This document shows positions 16,830 through 27,590 of a stretch of 64,000 bases of DNA, in pieces (positions within the stretch are counted from its first letter, which is position 1; the number at the start of each line of letters is the position of its first letter). The position numbers and the translations under genes were made by a program. The notes beneath the pieces are model-generated. The model was not told where the DNA came from, ran no database searches, and saw nothing but the letters and a program-made list of their open reading frames with translations. Origin of the DNA: Thermomicrobia bacterium (GTDB lineage Bacteria > Chloroflexota > Chloroflexia > Thermomicrobiales > UBA6265); contig JBIQLF010000004.1 of the NCBI GenBank assembly GCA_044464585.1, forward strand, positions 7,487-71,486. Reading direction: 5' to 3'.

Positions 16830-18650
16830 GTGGCGAATGAAATGGCACAAGCTGACTTGCATGAGCTATCGGAAGAAATGGATATTGCATTCGAGACGGA
16901 AGGATCCACCGAGTTCGAATTGGCGCGGATGCGCCATTCGGCCGCGCACCTGATGGCGGAAGCGATCCAGGAGCTCCATCCCGAGGTCAAGTTCGCGATC
17001 GGCCCGGCGATCGAGCACGGGTTCTATTACGACATGGATCTGCCGAACCCGTTGAGCTCCGACGATCTGGCCAAGATCGAGGAACGCATGCGGCAGCATC
17101 AGAAGGCCGCCGAACCGTTCGTGCGCGCGGAGGTTTCCCGGGAAAAAGCACTCGAACTCTTCGGTTCGAACCCATATAAGGTGGAGCTGATCAACGGGTT
17201 TGCCGAAGGTGAGACGATTTCGACCTATCAGCAAGGTAATTTTCTCGATCTCTGCCGGGGACCGCATGTCGAATCGACCGACCGGATCGGCCCATTCAAA
17301 TTGCAATCAGTTGCGGGCGCCTATTGGCGCGGCGACGAAAACCGGCCGATGCTGCAGCGGGTCTACGGTACGGCATGGTTCACGCAGGAAGATCTGGACG
17401 AACATCTGCAACGACTCGAAGAAGCCCAGCGGCGCGACCACCGGCGGCTCGGCAAGGATCTCGAGCTCTTTACAGTCTCCGAGGAAATCGGCCCCGGTCT
17501 CATCCTGTGGATGCCGAATGGCGCCACCGTTCGCTATCTGGTCGAGCAATTCGAACAGCAGGAACAACTGGCCCGGGGATACCAGCTCGTCTATACGCCG
17601 CATATCGCCTCGGAGAAGATCTACAAAATCTCCGGCCATCTCGAAACATATCGGGAGAACATGTATAGCCCGATGTCGATCGAGGAGGTCGACTATTACC
17701 TCAAGCCCATGAATTGTCCCGGTCACATCATGATCTACAAGAGCACTGTGCGCTCGTATCGCGAGCTGCCGGTGCGATATGCCGAACTGGGAACGGTCTA
17801 TCGCTACGAACGATCGGGCACGTTGCATGGCATGTTGCGCGTGCGTGGGTTCACCCAGGATGATGCCCATATCTTCTGCATGCCGGATCAGGTGGTCGAA
17901 GAAGTCGAGGGCGTGATCGACCTTGCCCTCCACATGGCCGATGTCTTCGGATATCAATTTCAGGCCTATCTCGCTACCCGGCCGGAAAAGGCGATCGGCG
18001 ATGATGACGTCTGGAATCTGGCGATCGAGCGGCTGAAAACCGCCATGAGCAACAAGGGCCTCAGCTACAAGATCGACGAGGGCGGCGGCGCATTCTACGG
18101 GCCGAAGATCGATATCAAATGGGTCGACGCGCTCGGCCGTGAATGGACCGGCCCGACGATTCAGGTCGACTTCAATCTGCCCGAGCGCTTCGATGTCAAT
18201 TACATTGGCGAGGACGGCGATCGTCATCGCGCGGTGATGATCCATCGCACCTTGCTCGGGTCGATGGAACGTTTCGTTGGCGGTCTGGTCGAGCACTATG
18301 CCGGCGCGTTTCCGATGTGGCTTGCCCCGACGCAAGCGACGCTCATTCCGATCACCGGCGACCAGATCGAGTACGCGAACGATGTGGCGCGGAGCATGAA
18401 GGCGGCCGGCATCCGCGTCGAGGTCGATGAGGGCCGGGACCGCATGCAGGCGAAAATCCGGAATGCGCAATTGAAGAAGATTCCGTTCATGCTGGTCATT
18501 GGCAAACGCGAAGCCGAAGCGGGCGCGGTGGCGATCCGACTGCGCACGGGCGAAGATTTGGGAGCGGTACCGGTCGATGACGCCATCGCGATGATGTGCC
18601 AGCTCATCGAAAGCCGGTCACTCGAATTGGCCGCGGCTGCCGGCAAATAG
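16830..18650 (+). CDS. thrS: Threonine--tRNA ligase (lacks the N-terminal TGS domain)
   Basis: Editing-domain HSAAHLMAEA...GFYYD begins at about residue 36. Class II core (YLKPMNCPGH, FRYERSG-like YRYERSG, RVRGFTQDDAHIF) and an anticodon-binding domain are present. GTG at 16830 or ATG at 16842. Confidence 0.95.
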   Translation: MANEMAQADLHELSEEMDIAFETEGSTEFELARMRHSAAHLMAEAIQELHPEVKFAIGPAIEHGFYYDMDLPNPLSSDDLAKIEERMRQHQKAAEPFVRAEVSREKALELFGSNPYKVELINGFAEGETISTYQQGNFLDLCRGPHVESTDRIGPFKLQSVAGAYWRGDENRPMLQRVYGTAWFTQEDLDEHLQRLEEAQRRDHRRLGKDLELFTVSEEIGPGLILWMPNGATVRYLVEQFEQQEQLARGYQLVYTPHIASEKIYKISGHLETYRENMYSPMSIEEVDYYLKPMNCPGHIMIYKSTVRSYRELPVRYAELGTVYRYERSGTLHGMLRVRGFTQDDAHIFCMPDQVVEEVEGVIDLALHMADVFGYQFQAYLATRPEKAIGDDDVWNLAIERLKTAMSNKGLSYKIDEGGGAFYGPKIDIKWVDALGREWTGPTIQVDFNLPERFDVNYIGEDGDRHRAVMIHRTLLGSMERFVGGLVEHYAGAFPMWLAPTQATLIPITGDQIEYANDVARSMKAAGIRVEVDEGRDRMQAKIRNAQLKKIPFMLVIGKREAEAGAVAIRLRTGEDLGAVPVDDAIAMMCQLIESRSLELAAAAGK

Positions 18651-18676
18651 CCGTACGAAACAGAGGAGAACGAATC

Positions 18677-19210
18677 ATGAGCAAAAAACGCGTCGCGGTC
18701 GTCCTCGCGAACAATTTCGAGGATATCGAGGCCACCAGCCCAATCGAGGCGATCGAATCGGCTGGGGCGGAAGCGGTCCTGATTGGGATCGAACCGGGAG
18801 ATGTCACGGGCAAGAAGGGCGCGGTCCTGACCGTGGACACGACCTTCAGCGACCTGGGAGCCAATGCCATCGATGGATTCGATATGCTCCTGATCCCAGG
18901 CGGTGGCGCCCCGGAAAACCTGCGCATCGATGACGGAGCGGTCGATTTCACCAGGCGATTCGTCGAATCCGGAAAGCCAGTCGCATCCATTTGTCACGGT
19001 CCGCAGTTGCTCATCTCGGCCGATGTGCTGAAGGGACGCAAGACGACGAGCGTCAACAAGATCCGGGATGACATCAGGAATGCCGGCGGTCTCTACGAGG
19101 ATTCCGCATTGGTCATCGACGGTAACCTGATCTCGTCCCGCACGCCGCGGGATTTGGACGTTTTCGAGCAGGCGATCACCGATGCGTTGAAGCCGGCGGT
19201 GACCGAATGA
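18677..19210 (+). CDS. DJ-1/PfpI-family protein (intracellular protease/glyoxalase-like)
   Basis: Nucleophile elbow PVASICHGPQLL and the LLIPGG motif. GAGGAG upstream of the ATG at 18677. Confidence 0.85.
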   Translation: MSKKRVAVVLANNFEDIEATSPIEAIESAGAEAVLIGIEPGDVTGKKGAVLTVDTTFSDLGANAIDGFDMLLIPGGGAPENLRIDDGAVDFTRRFVESGKPVASICHGPQLLISADVLKGRKTTSVNKIRDDIRNAGGLYEDSALVIDGNLISSRTPRDLDVFEQAITDALKPAVTE

Positions 19211-20076
19211 AGCTTGTTCGCGAGCGAATCAAGCCCGCGTCTCCGGGGGAGGCGAGTTCCCCCGCGATCGACCGACTCGGCAATGCCAAAGCGTGGATCT
19301 TCGATATGGATGGCGTTCTCTATCGAGGCAACGCTCCCCTGCCGGGCGCCGTCGACCTGTTCGCGACCCTGCAATTACGATCGATCCCGTACCGGCTGGC
19401 GACCAATAATTCAACGATGACGCCGGTCCAATATGTCGAGAAACTGGCAAAGATGGATCTCGATGTGCCTGAGGAATGGATCGTGACCTCCGGGGTCGCC
19501 TCGCGCCAGTACTTGTTGAACCGGTTTCCCCGCGGATCGGCCATCTATGTGGTTGGCGAGCGCGCGCTCTACGACCAGCTCTTCCAGGACGATGCGCTCG
19601 TTCAGGCAAACGGGACGGACGTACAAGCCGCGGCCGTCGTCGTCGGTCTGGATCGCGAATTCACTTACGCAAAGCTTTCCGAAGCGCACGACCAAATCAC
19701 GAACGGGGCCGCATTCATCGCCACCAACTCGGATGTGACGCTTCCGGTCGAGGGCGGTCTGGCGCCCGGCTGCGGATCGCTGATCGCCGCCATCCAGGCT
19801 TCGACGGGAGTTACTCCGGCGGTGGTCGGCAAACCCGAGACGTCGATGTTCGATACGATCTGCAAGCAGCTCGATGTGCTGCCATCCGACGTGGTGTCGG
19901 TCGGTGACCGGCTCGATACGGATATCGTCGCGGGCAGCCGGGCAGGTACCCTGGCGTTGCTCGTGCTCACCGGCGTTTCGACCCGGGACGATATTGCCTC
20001 GGCGGAGGCTCGTCCCGATTTGGTATTTACCGATCTGAATGCGGTTTTGTCCGCGATTCAGTCCCCAGTGAGTTGA
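19207..20076 (+). CDS. HAD-superfamily subfamily IIA hydrolase (NagD-like phosphatase)
   Basis: Motif I WIFDMDGVLYRG, ATNNS, and motif IV VGDRLDTDI. ATGA overlap with the upstream gene. Confidence 0.85.
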   Translation: MKLVRERIKPASPGEASSPAIDRLGNAKAWIFDMDGVLYRGNAPLPGAVDLFATLQLRSIPYRLATNNSTMTPVQYVEKLAKMDLDVPEEWIVTSGVASRQYLLNRFPRGSAIYVVGERALYDQLFQDDALVQANGTDVQAAAVVVGLDREFTYAKLSEAHDQITNGAAFIATNSDVTLPVEGGLAPGCGSLIAAIQASTGVTPAVVGKPETSMFDTICKQLDVLPSDVVSVGDRLDTDIVAGSRAGTLALLVLTGVSTRDDIASAEARPDLVFTDLNAVLSAIQSPVS

Positions 20077-20828
20077 CCATGCGACTGACACGCGATATCT
20101 GTCTCGTCGGAGGAGGCGACACCGGATTCGGACTGTCGGCTCCGCTCGATTGCCATATCTATGTGATCGATGGCGGCAGCGAAGCTGCCATCGTCGATGC
20201 GGGGATGGGTGGAAAATACGGCGCGACCGACCAGATCCTTTCGAATATCCAGGAAGCCGGGGTCGATCTGGAAAAGATTGGCTCGCTCATCCTGACCCAC
20301 TACCATGCCGATCATGCGGGTGGAGCGGCGGATTTCCATAAGCGGCTCGGACTGGACGTAATCGGCTCGCCGCTCACGGTGGCAACCCTTGCGATCGGGG
20401 ATGAGGAGCAAATCAGCTTGCCGTTTGCCAAGAGCTCCGGATTCTATCCCGCCGACTATGTCTTCGAGCCATGTCCCGGTCGCGGAACGTTGACCGAAGG
20501 CGCCTCGTTCGCGGTCGGCGATTTGCGGGTGACCGTCTTCGAAACGCCCGGTCATTGCGACGGCCATGTCTCATTATTGGTGGAAGGCGGCAACCGGCGA
20601 TATCTGATCGGCGGGGATCTCATCTTCTATGGCGGAACCATCGTTGCCCAGAATATACCCGACTGCTCGATCCAGAACTATGCCGCGAGCACACTGAAAA
20701 TGGCCGGCGTAGAGTTCGACGCGCTGCTGCCGGGACATCTTTCGATCTCGTTGACCAATGGCAAGCGCCATGTCGACCAGGCAGCGGCTCAGTTCAGGAA
20801 ACTGATGATTCCCAGAAACGCCGTCTGA
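20073..20828 (+). CDS. MBL-fold metallo-hydrolase
   Basis: HxHxDH motif LILTHYHADHAGG and a downstream GHCDGH. TTG at 20073 overlaps the HAD stop; alternative ATG at 20079. Confidence 0.8.
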   Translation: MTMRLTRDICLVGGGDTGFGLSAPLDCHIYVIDGGSEAAIVDAGMGGKYGATDQILSNIQEAGVDLEKIGSLILTHYHADHAGGAADFHKRLGLDVIGSPLTVATLAIGDEEQISLPFAKSSGFYPADYVFEPCPGRGTLTEGASFAVGDLRVTVFETPGHCDGHVSLLVEGGNRRYLIGGDLIFYGGTIVAQNIPDCSIQNYAASTLKMAGVEFDALLPGHLSISLTNGKRHVDQAAAQFRKLMIPRNAV

Positions 20829-20912
20829 AACGAGGCACAGACGTCCGACGGGTTCGTCCGGATGAATCGGGCGGACCCGATGGGCGACTCCGACCGCTCC
20901 GAGCGGCCCTGA

Positions 20913-21764
20913 TTACCGGTCTTCGGTCAACGCCTGTCCGGCTGCCCGTTCGGTTCCGAGACGGTCGACCCGGGCGAACTCTTCCAGTTCGTGACCGAGC
21001 TCTTCCAGCTCCTGCCCGCCGGCCATCATTTCGACGACCTCTTCGCGTGTCACATCGCGCTTGAGGAAGGTGCCGTAACTGGTGCCGCGATTGAGAATCG
21101 TGAATCGATCACCGATCGGATATGCATGATGGACATTGTGGGTGATGAAGATCACCGCAATCCCACGCGCCCGCGCTTGCGCGATGTAGCGCAATACGAC
21201 TCCGGCCTCTTTGACTCCGAGCGCCGCGGTCGGCTCGTCCAGGATCAGCACCTTGGCGCCCTGGTAGACCGCCCGTGCGATCGCCACGGACTGGCGCTCG
21301 CCACCGGAGAGCGTGCCGACCGCTTGCTGGGTGTCACGCACCCGAATTCCCATCTTCGCCAGTTCTTCGGTCGTGACGCGATCGGCAAATTCGAGATCGA
21401 ATCGCCTGAATGGCCCCCAGCCTTTGGTTGGTTCCGATCCAAGAAAGAAATTGCGCGATATGCTCATCAGCGGAATCATCGCGAGATCCTGATAGACGGT
21501 CGCGATCCCGAGATCGAGTGCATCACGGGGAGATGAAAACCGCACCGGTTGATTTTCGAAGAGGTACTCGCCCTCGTCGGGCGGAAAAACACCGGAGATG
21601 ATCTTGATCAGGGTCGACTTGCCTGCTCCATTGTCTCCAAGGAGGCAATGCACTTCGCCGTAATAGGCCGAGATATCGACATGTTCCAGCGCCACGACGG
21701 TGCCGAAATACTTACAGATGTCCCGAAGCTGGACCGCGGGCACGGTCGTATTTCCATCGCTCAT
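20913..21764 (-). CDS. Sugar ABC transporter ATP-binding protein (single NBD)
   Basis: Walker [10 protein letters not shown], signature LSGGERQSV, Walker [11 protein letters not shown]. Confidence 0.9.
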   Translation of the reverse strand: MSDGNTTVPAVQLRDICKYFGTVVALEHVDISAYYGEVHCLLGDNGAGKSTLIKIISGVFPPDEGEYLFENQPVRFSSPRDALDLGIATVYQDLAMIPLMSISRNFFLGSEPTKGWGPFRRFDLEFADRVTTEELAKMGIRVRDTQQAVGTLSGGERQSVAIARAVYQGAKVLILDEPTAALGVKEAGVVLRYIAQARARGIAVIFITHNVHHAYPIGDRFTILNRGTSYGTFLKRDVTREEVVEMMAGGQELEELGHELEEFARVDRLGTERAAGQALTEDR

Positions 21765-22819
21765 CGCACAAGCACCGCTCTCGATCGAACGAAACGATTG
21801 ATCAGCACGGCCGACAGCAACATCCCGCCGAGGACGAACTGGAACCAGTCAGCATCGATGCCGGCAAAGATGATGCCCTGCTGGACCATCCCAAAGATCA
21901 GCGCGCCCAAGGCCGCACCGAGCGCCGAACCGTATCCACCAGTCAGCAGCGTGCCGCCGATGACGACGGCCACGATCGCATAGAACTCCCGGTAGGTGCC
22001 ACGCAACACATCGGCCCCGCCAAAGTTGGTGACCTGAATAGTTGCCACCAGCCAGGCGGAAACCGCCGTTCCCACGAAGAGCATGATTTTGACCCGCGTG
22101 GTCGGCACGCCCAGATTGCGGGCGGCTTGCAAACTCCCGCCAACACCCGGAATCCAGTTGCCGAACCGCGTGCGAAGCAGCACCCAGGTGGCAATGCCCG
22201 TCAGCGCAAGCCACCAGACGATGGAAATCGCGAAATTGTTACCGAAGAGATGGATCTTGTTCGCAAAGATCGTGCGGGCGAGATCGTAACCGGGCAGCTC
22301 TTTCAGACCGCCGACCTGGGTGCGCCCGGTGATCTGCCGGGTCATGCCGATGGTCGCGCCCCGCACCATGAACAACATGGCCAACGTGACGATGAAGGAG
22401 GGCAGATCCGTCAGTACGACCACCAACCCATTGATGACCCCGATCAGGATGGCGAAGACCAGCGCAACGGCGATCGCCGCCCAATAGTTCCAGCCATATT
22501 GGGCCGAAAGGATCGCAATGATCATCCCGCTCGCGCCGATGGTCGAACCGATCGAGAGATCGAATTCCCCGCCGATCATCAGCAGCGCGACGGTGACCGC
22601 CAGGATGCCGAGCTCGGCCGATACCTCCAGATAGTTGGCCGCTCCGCGCATCGAGAGGAACCCACGGTCTCCCGCGACGATGGCGAAGATCACCCAAACG
22701 ACAATCGCTCCAGCGATAGCGCCCATCTCGGGCTTGAGCAACATGCGTTTGGCGAACGACGGCGGAGCGGGCAACTCGTCGATCGTTGCGGGAACGGTTG
22801 TCCGGGAGCCTTGGGACAT
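21761..22819 (-). CDS. Sugar ABC transporter permease (RbsC/AraH-type)
   Basis: 352-aa polytopic protein whose stop overlaps the ATPase start. Its Gly-rich TM pattern is typical of ribose/xylose-type permeases. Confidence 0.85.
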   Translation of the reverse strand: MSQGSRTTVPATIDELPAPPSFAKRMLLKPEMGAIAGAIVVWVIFAIVAGDRGFLSMRGAANYLEVSAELGILAVTVALLMIGGEFDLSIGSTIGASGMIIAILSAQYGWNYWAAIAVALVFAILIGVINGLVVVLTDLPSFIVTLAMLFMVRGATIGMTRQITGRTQVGGLKELPGYDLARTIFANKIHLFGNNFAISIVWWLALTGIATWVLLRTRFGNWIPGVGGSLQAARNLGVPTTRVKIMLFVGTAVSAWLVATIQVTNFGGADVLRGTYREFYAIVAVVIGGTLLTGGYGSALGAALGALIFGMVQQGIIFAGIDADWFQFVLGGMLLSAVLINRFVRSRAVLVR

Positions 22820-22907
22820 GGGTGGTCACCTCTCGCTGCCAGATGGCCTATCCGGCCGGGATGCGTCCCGGCCGGATGAAATTGGCAATTCTGATGGCGC
22901 CTTGCCG

Positions 22908-23930
22908 CTAGCGGGTGCCAGCCTCGGCAAGCGCTTTGACCCGAGCCGCGGTGTCCTTGGTCACGAATCCAGGACCGGTCATCAGGATCGGGTTCGCGAT
23001 CGTGTTGAGGTTGGTGTTGTAGAGGGTCAGCAACACAACCGGCAGATATCCTTGCAGATACTGTTGCTGGTCGATGGCAAAGAGCATATTGCCCGCCTCG
23101 ATTGCATCCAGCACATCCGGCGACAAGTCGAATGTGGCGATCTTCATCTCGCCAAGCAAACCAGAATCCTCGAGGGCGGCAAGCGCGGGCGCGGCGCCCG
23201 TCGGTCCAAGGGTCAGGATGCCGTCGATCGACGAATCGCTGGTCAGCGCCGCCGAAATGCGCTGCTGGGCACCGGTCGGGTCCGCCAGGTCGACGCCCAC
23301 GACCGTCGACGTTCCGCCACTCTCGGCCAAGCCATCGGCGAATCCCTGACAGCGCAGATCGAGACCGGCATTGCCGACTTCCTGGTTGACGCAGATGGCG
23401 TTCTTGACCCCGTCTGCGCCCATCTTCTCGCCACCGCCCTTGCCAGCTTCATATTCCGTCTGGCCAACATGCGTCAGCACGCCCAGCTCCGCGGCGACAT
23501 CGCTGCCCGAATTGATCGAAATGACCGGGATACCAGCATCGACCGCTGCCTTGATCGCATCCGACAGCGCATCGGCATCTGGAATCGAAACGACCAGCCC
23601 CTGCGGGTTGGTGGCGACCGCGGCGTCGATCATCTGCGCCATGGCAACCATATCGAACGTTCCCGGCGCTTGATATTGAACGTTCACGCCCATATCGGTG
23701 CCGGCCTGGGCCACCCCCTTCTGGACGACCGACCAGAACGGGTCGGATGCCTGGCCGTGGGTCACGACCACGATGCTGATATCTCCCCGGTCGGACGTCG
23801 GAGTAGCATCTTGGGCGCTGGCATCCTGAGCCAGGGAAATTCCGGAAAGCGCCGCAAGCACGCCAGCAAGCGCACCACCCTTGAGCATGGTCCGGCGATC
23901 GACAGCCGGAGTGGTTCCTTCTTCGAGCAC
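22908..23930 (-). CDS. Sugar ABC transporter substrate-binding protein (type I periplasmic binding fold)
   Basis: Tat-like signal [18 protein letters not shown] and an RbsB-like body. GTG start with AAGGAGG 6 nt upstream. Confidence 0.85.
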   Translation of the reverse strand: MLEEGTTPAVDRRTMLKGGALAGVLAALSGISLAQDASAQDATPTSDRGDISIVVVTHGQASDPFWSVVQKGVAQAGTDMGVNVQYQAPGTFDMVAMAQMIDAAVATNPQGLVVSIPDADALSDAIKAAVDAGIPVISINSGSDVAAELGVLTHVGQTEYEAGKGGGEKMGADGVKNAICVNQEVGNAGLDLRCQGFADGLAESGGTSTVVGVDLADPTGAQQRISAALTSDSSIDGILTLGPTGAAPALAALEDSGLLGEMKIATFDLSPDVLDAIEAGNMLFAIDQQQYLQGYLPVVLLTLYNTNLNTIANPILMTGPGFVTKDTAARVKALAEAGTR

Positions 23931-24217
23931 GGTAAGCCTCCTTCGTTCGGACGTATGCGGGGTTTGCCAATCCGCCCTGGACTGACCTTTGGCAAGCTCG
24001 AGCGTTACTTCGACGCGGCTCCTGCCAATTTACCCTGTACGACAGAAAAACATTAGCACCCGTACAAGATCGGCGCTAGAGTCTGTCCACCACGGCAACC
24101 GTTCACCGGGCTTCCGAAGCCCCATATCTGCGTGCGTTGCACTGAGTGACGCGCTCTTCATCTCTGTATCTTCGCGTCTTCCTATCTTTCGGGCGCCGAT
24201 CGAGCTATGCCCGGCAT

Positions 24218-25549
24218 CTACGCATCCAGCACCCCCTCACGCACCAGGAACTCGCGGATTGCCAGATTGGCATTCCTCAGCGCTTCGGAGCCGGTCGTAT
24301 TCCCACCGAGCGCGTCGAAAAGCTCGCTGGCCAGCAATTGCTCGAGCTGGGGAAAGAACGGTGAACGGACTCGGGGTGTCGCGCGCTCCAGCATTCGTCG
24401 TGCGGTGTCCACCTTTGGGAAGATTTCGACCGTCTCGGCGGAATCGAGCACGTCCATGCGCACTGGAGGAAAACCCGCCGCGGGAAGGTGCTGTTGACAT
24501 TCGAGCGAAACGAGCCACTGAAGGAAAGACCCGGCGTATTCGCGTTGCAATGCACCGGCCGGTATTCCCGCCAGCCAGATCCCCGTCATGGCCTGCCGTT
24601 CGATTCCGGGTTGCGCGGGTTGCAATGCCGTTTCGAGCTCGGCAGCCAGCTCGTCGCTGGCAGTGCGCGTTGGCTTCAGGTCGTTCGATGCCGCGAGCAA
24701 ATCGCTCGACCAGTAATTGGCCATCATGCCGATCCTCCCGACCGCGAATCGTTCCGGATTGGTGAGATCGCCGGTTGCTTTCGATTCGATCGGACTCAGT
24801 CCAGCCAATGTCAGGAAGGTTTCGATGGCAGCGAGCGCTGGCGGCGTGTCGAGCTGGGGCACACTCGTTTCGGCATCGATGATCGATGCCCCATATCCTC
24901 GCAGGATGGGCAGGAAGCTTTCGACCAGCTCGTGCCCGGTTCGGGTCCGCAGTCCGAACGCCGCCAGCTGTCCGTCATTCTGCAGGTGCGCTGCCATTGT
25001 GGACGCGACCTCCACCGTTGTGTCCCAGCGTTCCGGTACCGGCAACTCCGATTCCCTCAACCAATCCGGCCGCAACGCGAAGAACTGCGTTTCGCCCAGC
25101 CAGGGTAGCGCGCAGGGGCGCGCATCCTCGGGGTAACGCGCCAAACCCATCGCCACCGGAGCAATCGCCTCAGCATTGGGAGGCACATCCAGCGGTTGCA
25201 GGAACGTGGCAAACTGAGGAATCCATGACTCGTGCAGGAATACGACATCGAACGTTTGCGCGCGCTGTGTGAGCGCCAGGCTGGTCTGGGTGTAGAGATC
25301 GTCGTAGCCGAGGGGTGTGGCATCCACGTCGATCCCGGTCGATTCCTCATATGCCTCCACGAGCGGTTGGAGGGCGGTCCAATGGGTAGCGAGCACGGCA
25401 ATCGATAATTCCGGCGCCGATTGCATCGAAACCGGCCGCCGGGAGTCTTGCCGGTCTCCCGCGGCGTCGACACTTGCAATGAACGGCAACGGACCAACAA
25501 GGGCAACTGCCGCGCTCAGGATCGAGCGGCGGGTGAGGACAGACGACAT
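24218..25549 (-). CDS. Extracellular solute-binding protein, family 1 (orphan)
   Basis: 443 aa with a Tat-like signal TRRSILSAAVALVG. General sugar-SBP composition. No cognate permease genes are adjacent. Confidence 0.7.
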   Translation of the reverse strand: MSSVLTRRSILSAAVALVGPLPFIASVDAAGDRQDSRRPVSMQSAPELSIAVLATHWTALQPLVEAYEESTGIDVDATPLGYDDLYTQTSLALTQRAQTFDVVFLHESWIPQFATFLQPLDVPPNAEAIAPVAMGLARYPEDARPCALPWLGETQFFALRPDWLRESELPVPERWDTTVEVASTMAAHLQNDGQLAAFGLRTRTGHELVESFLPILRGYGASIIDAETSVPQLDTPPALAAIETFLTLAGLSPIESKATGDLTNPERFAVGRIGMMANYWSSDLLAASNDLKPTRTASDELAAELETALQPAQPGIERQAMTGIWLAGIPAGALQREYAGSFLQWLVSLECQQHLPAAGFPPVRMDVLDSAETVEIFPKVDTARRMLERATPRVRSPFFPQLEQLLASELFDALGGNTTGSEALRNANLAIREFLVREGVLDA

Positions 25550-25616
25550 CGGTCTCTAATCCGATCGTGGAACGAACGCGCGAACGTCCAGGATCCGCCG
25601 CTGATTTCCATCTGAA

Positions 25617-25645
25617 TTGACAAGGCGGACGTCCATCGTTAGCAT
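25617..25645 (+). promoter_or_regulatory. Sigma-70-like promoter upstream of the transketolase/iol genes
   Basis: TTGACA (25617-25622), a 17-nt spacer, then TAGCAT (25640-25645). The palindrome GGACGTCC lies within the spacer. Confidence 0.45.
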
Positions 25646-25728
25646 CGCGACATCAGGGGCGAAGAACAGAGTCGAATGGCCCGGGGTTCGGTCGCCCACC
25701 ATATCGTCCAACACAAGGCGGTGCCGAT

Positions 25729-26607
25729 TTGAAGCAGCTCACCCGGCCCCATCATTCGACCGGCGAACTCGACGATCTTTCCGCCCGAACCCGTGAATTG
25801 ATCCTTCGCTCGGTTCACCACGCTGGCGCTGGCCACATCGGCGGTCCCCTCTCTGTCACCGATATTCTGGTCAATCTCTATTTCGACCGACTCCGGCTCG
25901 ATCCGGACGCTCCCCATGACCCTACCAGAGATCGCCTGATCCTCAGCAAGGGCCATTCCTCGATTGGACTCTACACGGTGCTCGCACTCCGCGGATTTTT
26001 TCCGGTGGAAGAGCTCGCCACCTTCGATGCGATCGATTCCCGCCTCCAGGGCCATCCCTGTATGAAGACACTCCCTGGCGTCGATATGTCGACCGGATCG
26101 CTCGGCCAAGGACTTTCTCCGGGCGTGGGCATGGCGCTCGGAGCACGGCTTTCCGGGCTCGATTTCCATACCTGGGTGATTTTGGGCGACGGGGAAATCC
26201 AGGAAGGCCAAATCTGGGAAGCGTGCTTCACGGCCGCGCGATATGAGCTCGGCAATCTGACCGCGATTCTCGATTACAACCGATTGCCGCAATTCGGCTG
26301 GCCAAGCAGGGGCGGCTACACCCGCGAGCGCCCGATCGATGAACCAGCAGCTAAATTCCGCGCGTTCGGTTGGGACACGGTCGAATGCGACGGACACGAT
26401 CATTCGTCGCTATCCGCCGCGTTCGACCAGGCAGAACGCGCAACGGATCGACCGGTGGCCATCATCGCCAACACGATCAAGGGCAAAGGGGTTTCGTTCA
26501 TGGAAGCCAATCATGCGTGGCATGCGAAGGCGCCCTCCGACCAGGAATTGAACGACGCGGTGGCCGAGCTCTCTGCGCGGCGGCTCGTCGGAGTGGGACC
26601 GGCGTGA
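25729..26607 (+). CDS. Transketolase, N-terminal (TPP-binding) subunit
   Basis: AGAGHIGGPLS, SKGH and the GDGEIQEGQIWEA motif of split transketolases. TTG start. Confidence 0.85.
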   Translation: MKQLTRPHHSTGELDDLSARTRELILRSVHHAGAGHIGGPLSVTDILVNLYFDRLRLDPDAPHDPTRDRLILSKGHSSIGLYTVLALRGFFPVEELATFDAIDSRLQGHPCMKTLPGVDMSTGSLGQGLSPGVGMALGARLSGLDFHTWVILGDGEIQEGQIWEACFTAARYELGNLTAILDYNRLPQFGWPSRGGYTRERPIDEPAAKFRAFGWDTVECDGHDHSSLSAAFDQAERATDRPVAIIANTIKGKGVSFMEANHAWHAKAPSDQELNDAVAELSARRLVGVGPA

Positions 26608-27590
26608 GCATCTCCACGATCGCGCTTACCCCGCTTCCGCGCCATCAGGAAGCGTTGCGGGACGTCTGGGGACAAACCCTTTGCGATCTGACCGCCGCCG
26701 GGGCGAATACCGTCGTTCTCGACGGTGATCTCGCCAACTCCACCCGCGCCGATATCTTCGCGCAGTGCTATCCCGATCGTTTCTTCGAAATGGGCATTGC
26801 CGAACAGAATATGGCCGGCGTTGCTGCTGGCCTGGCCAGTCTCGGCTTCACCCCGTGGCTCAGTAGCTTCGCCGCCTTTCTGACCAGCCGCGATCTCGAT
26901 CAGATTCGCGTCGTCATCGCGCAGCCTGGACTCGATGTCAAGATTTGCGGTGGCTATTCTGGTCTTCTCACCGGCAAGACCGGAAAGACCCATCAATCGG
27001 TGGAAGACATCGCAACCTTCCGGGCCTTGCCCGGAATCGACATCATCGCGCCAGCGGATGGCCAGGAACTGCGCGCCGCCATGCATGCAATCGCCCATTC
27101 CGGCCGCCCGACCTATCTGCGGCTCACGCGCGATTCCAGCGATGTCATCTTTCCTGGCGATTACGACTTCGAGATTGGCAAAGCCGTCCTGCTGCGGGAT
27201 GGAGACGATTTGGGAATCATCTCCACGGGAGTCCAAACCCTGCGGGCTCTCGAAGCAGCCGATCTCCTTGCGGAGCAGGGGATCGAATCGTCGGTCTTGC
27301 ATGTGCCGTCGATCAAACCGATCGATATCGATGCCGTCGTGGCCATCGCCGAGCGGACTCATCTCATCCTTACGGCAGAGGACCATTCGATCATCGGAGG
27401 CCTCGGTGGCGCGGTCGCGGAAGTGCTCGGCGAGCACCGGCCGACTCGCATGAAGCGCATCGGCATCCAGGACTGCTTCGGCGAATCGGGACCGAACGAT
27501 GCCCTTCTGGAGAAATATGGTCTCTCGGCGGGAGCCATGGTGCGGGCCGCGCTGGCATTGCGAGGAATCGAAGGAGCTACCCAGGAATGA
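26604..27590 (+). CDS. Transketolase, C-terminal (pyrimidine-binding) subunit
   Basis: FFEMGIAEQNMAGVAAGLA motif. GTG at 26604 overlaps the upstream stop (GTGA). The longer track ORF starting at 26370 is rejected. Confidence 0.85.
   Translation: MSISTIALTPLPRHQEALRDVWGQTLCDLTAAGANTVVLDGDLANSTRADIFAQCYPDRFFEMGIAEQNMAGVAAGLASLGFTPWLSSFAAFLTSRDLDQIRVVIAQPGLDVKICGGYSGLLTGKTGKTHQSVEDIATFRALPGIDIIAPADGQELRAAMHAIAHSGRPTYLRLTRDSSDVIFPGDYDFEIGKAVLLRDGDDLGIISTGVQTLRALEAADLLAEQGIESSVLHVPSIKPIDIDAVVAIAERTHLILTAEDHSIIGGLGGAVAEVLGEHRPTRMKRIGIQDCFGESGPNDALLEKYGLSAGAMVRAALALRGIEGATQE

Noticed and set aside
22635-24056. 473-aa plus-strand ORF across the sugar SBP gene and permease start
   Set aside because: It is antisense to an SBP gene with a Tat signal and a strong SD. 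Its composition is low-complexity Arg/Gly/Asp.
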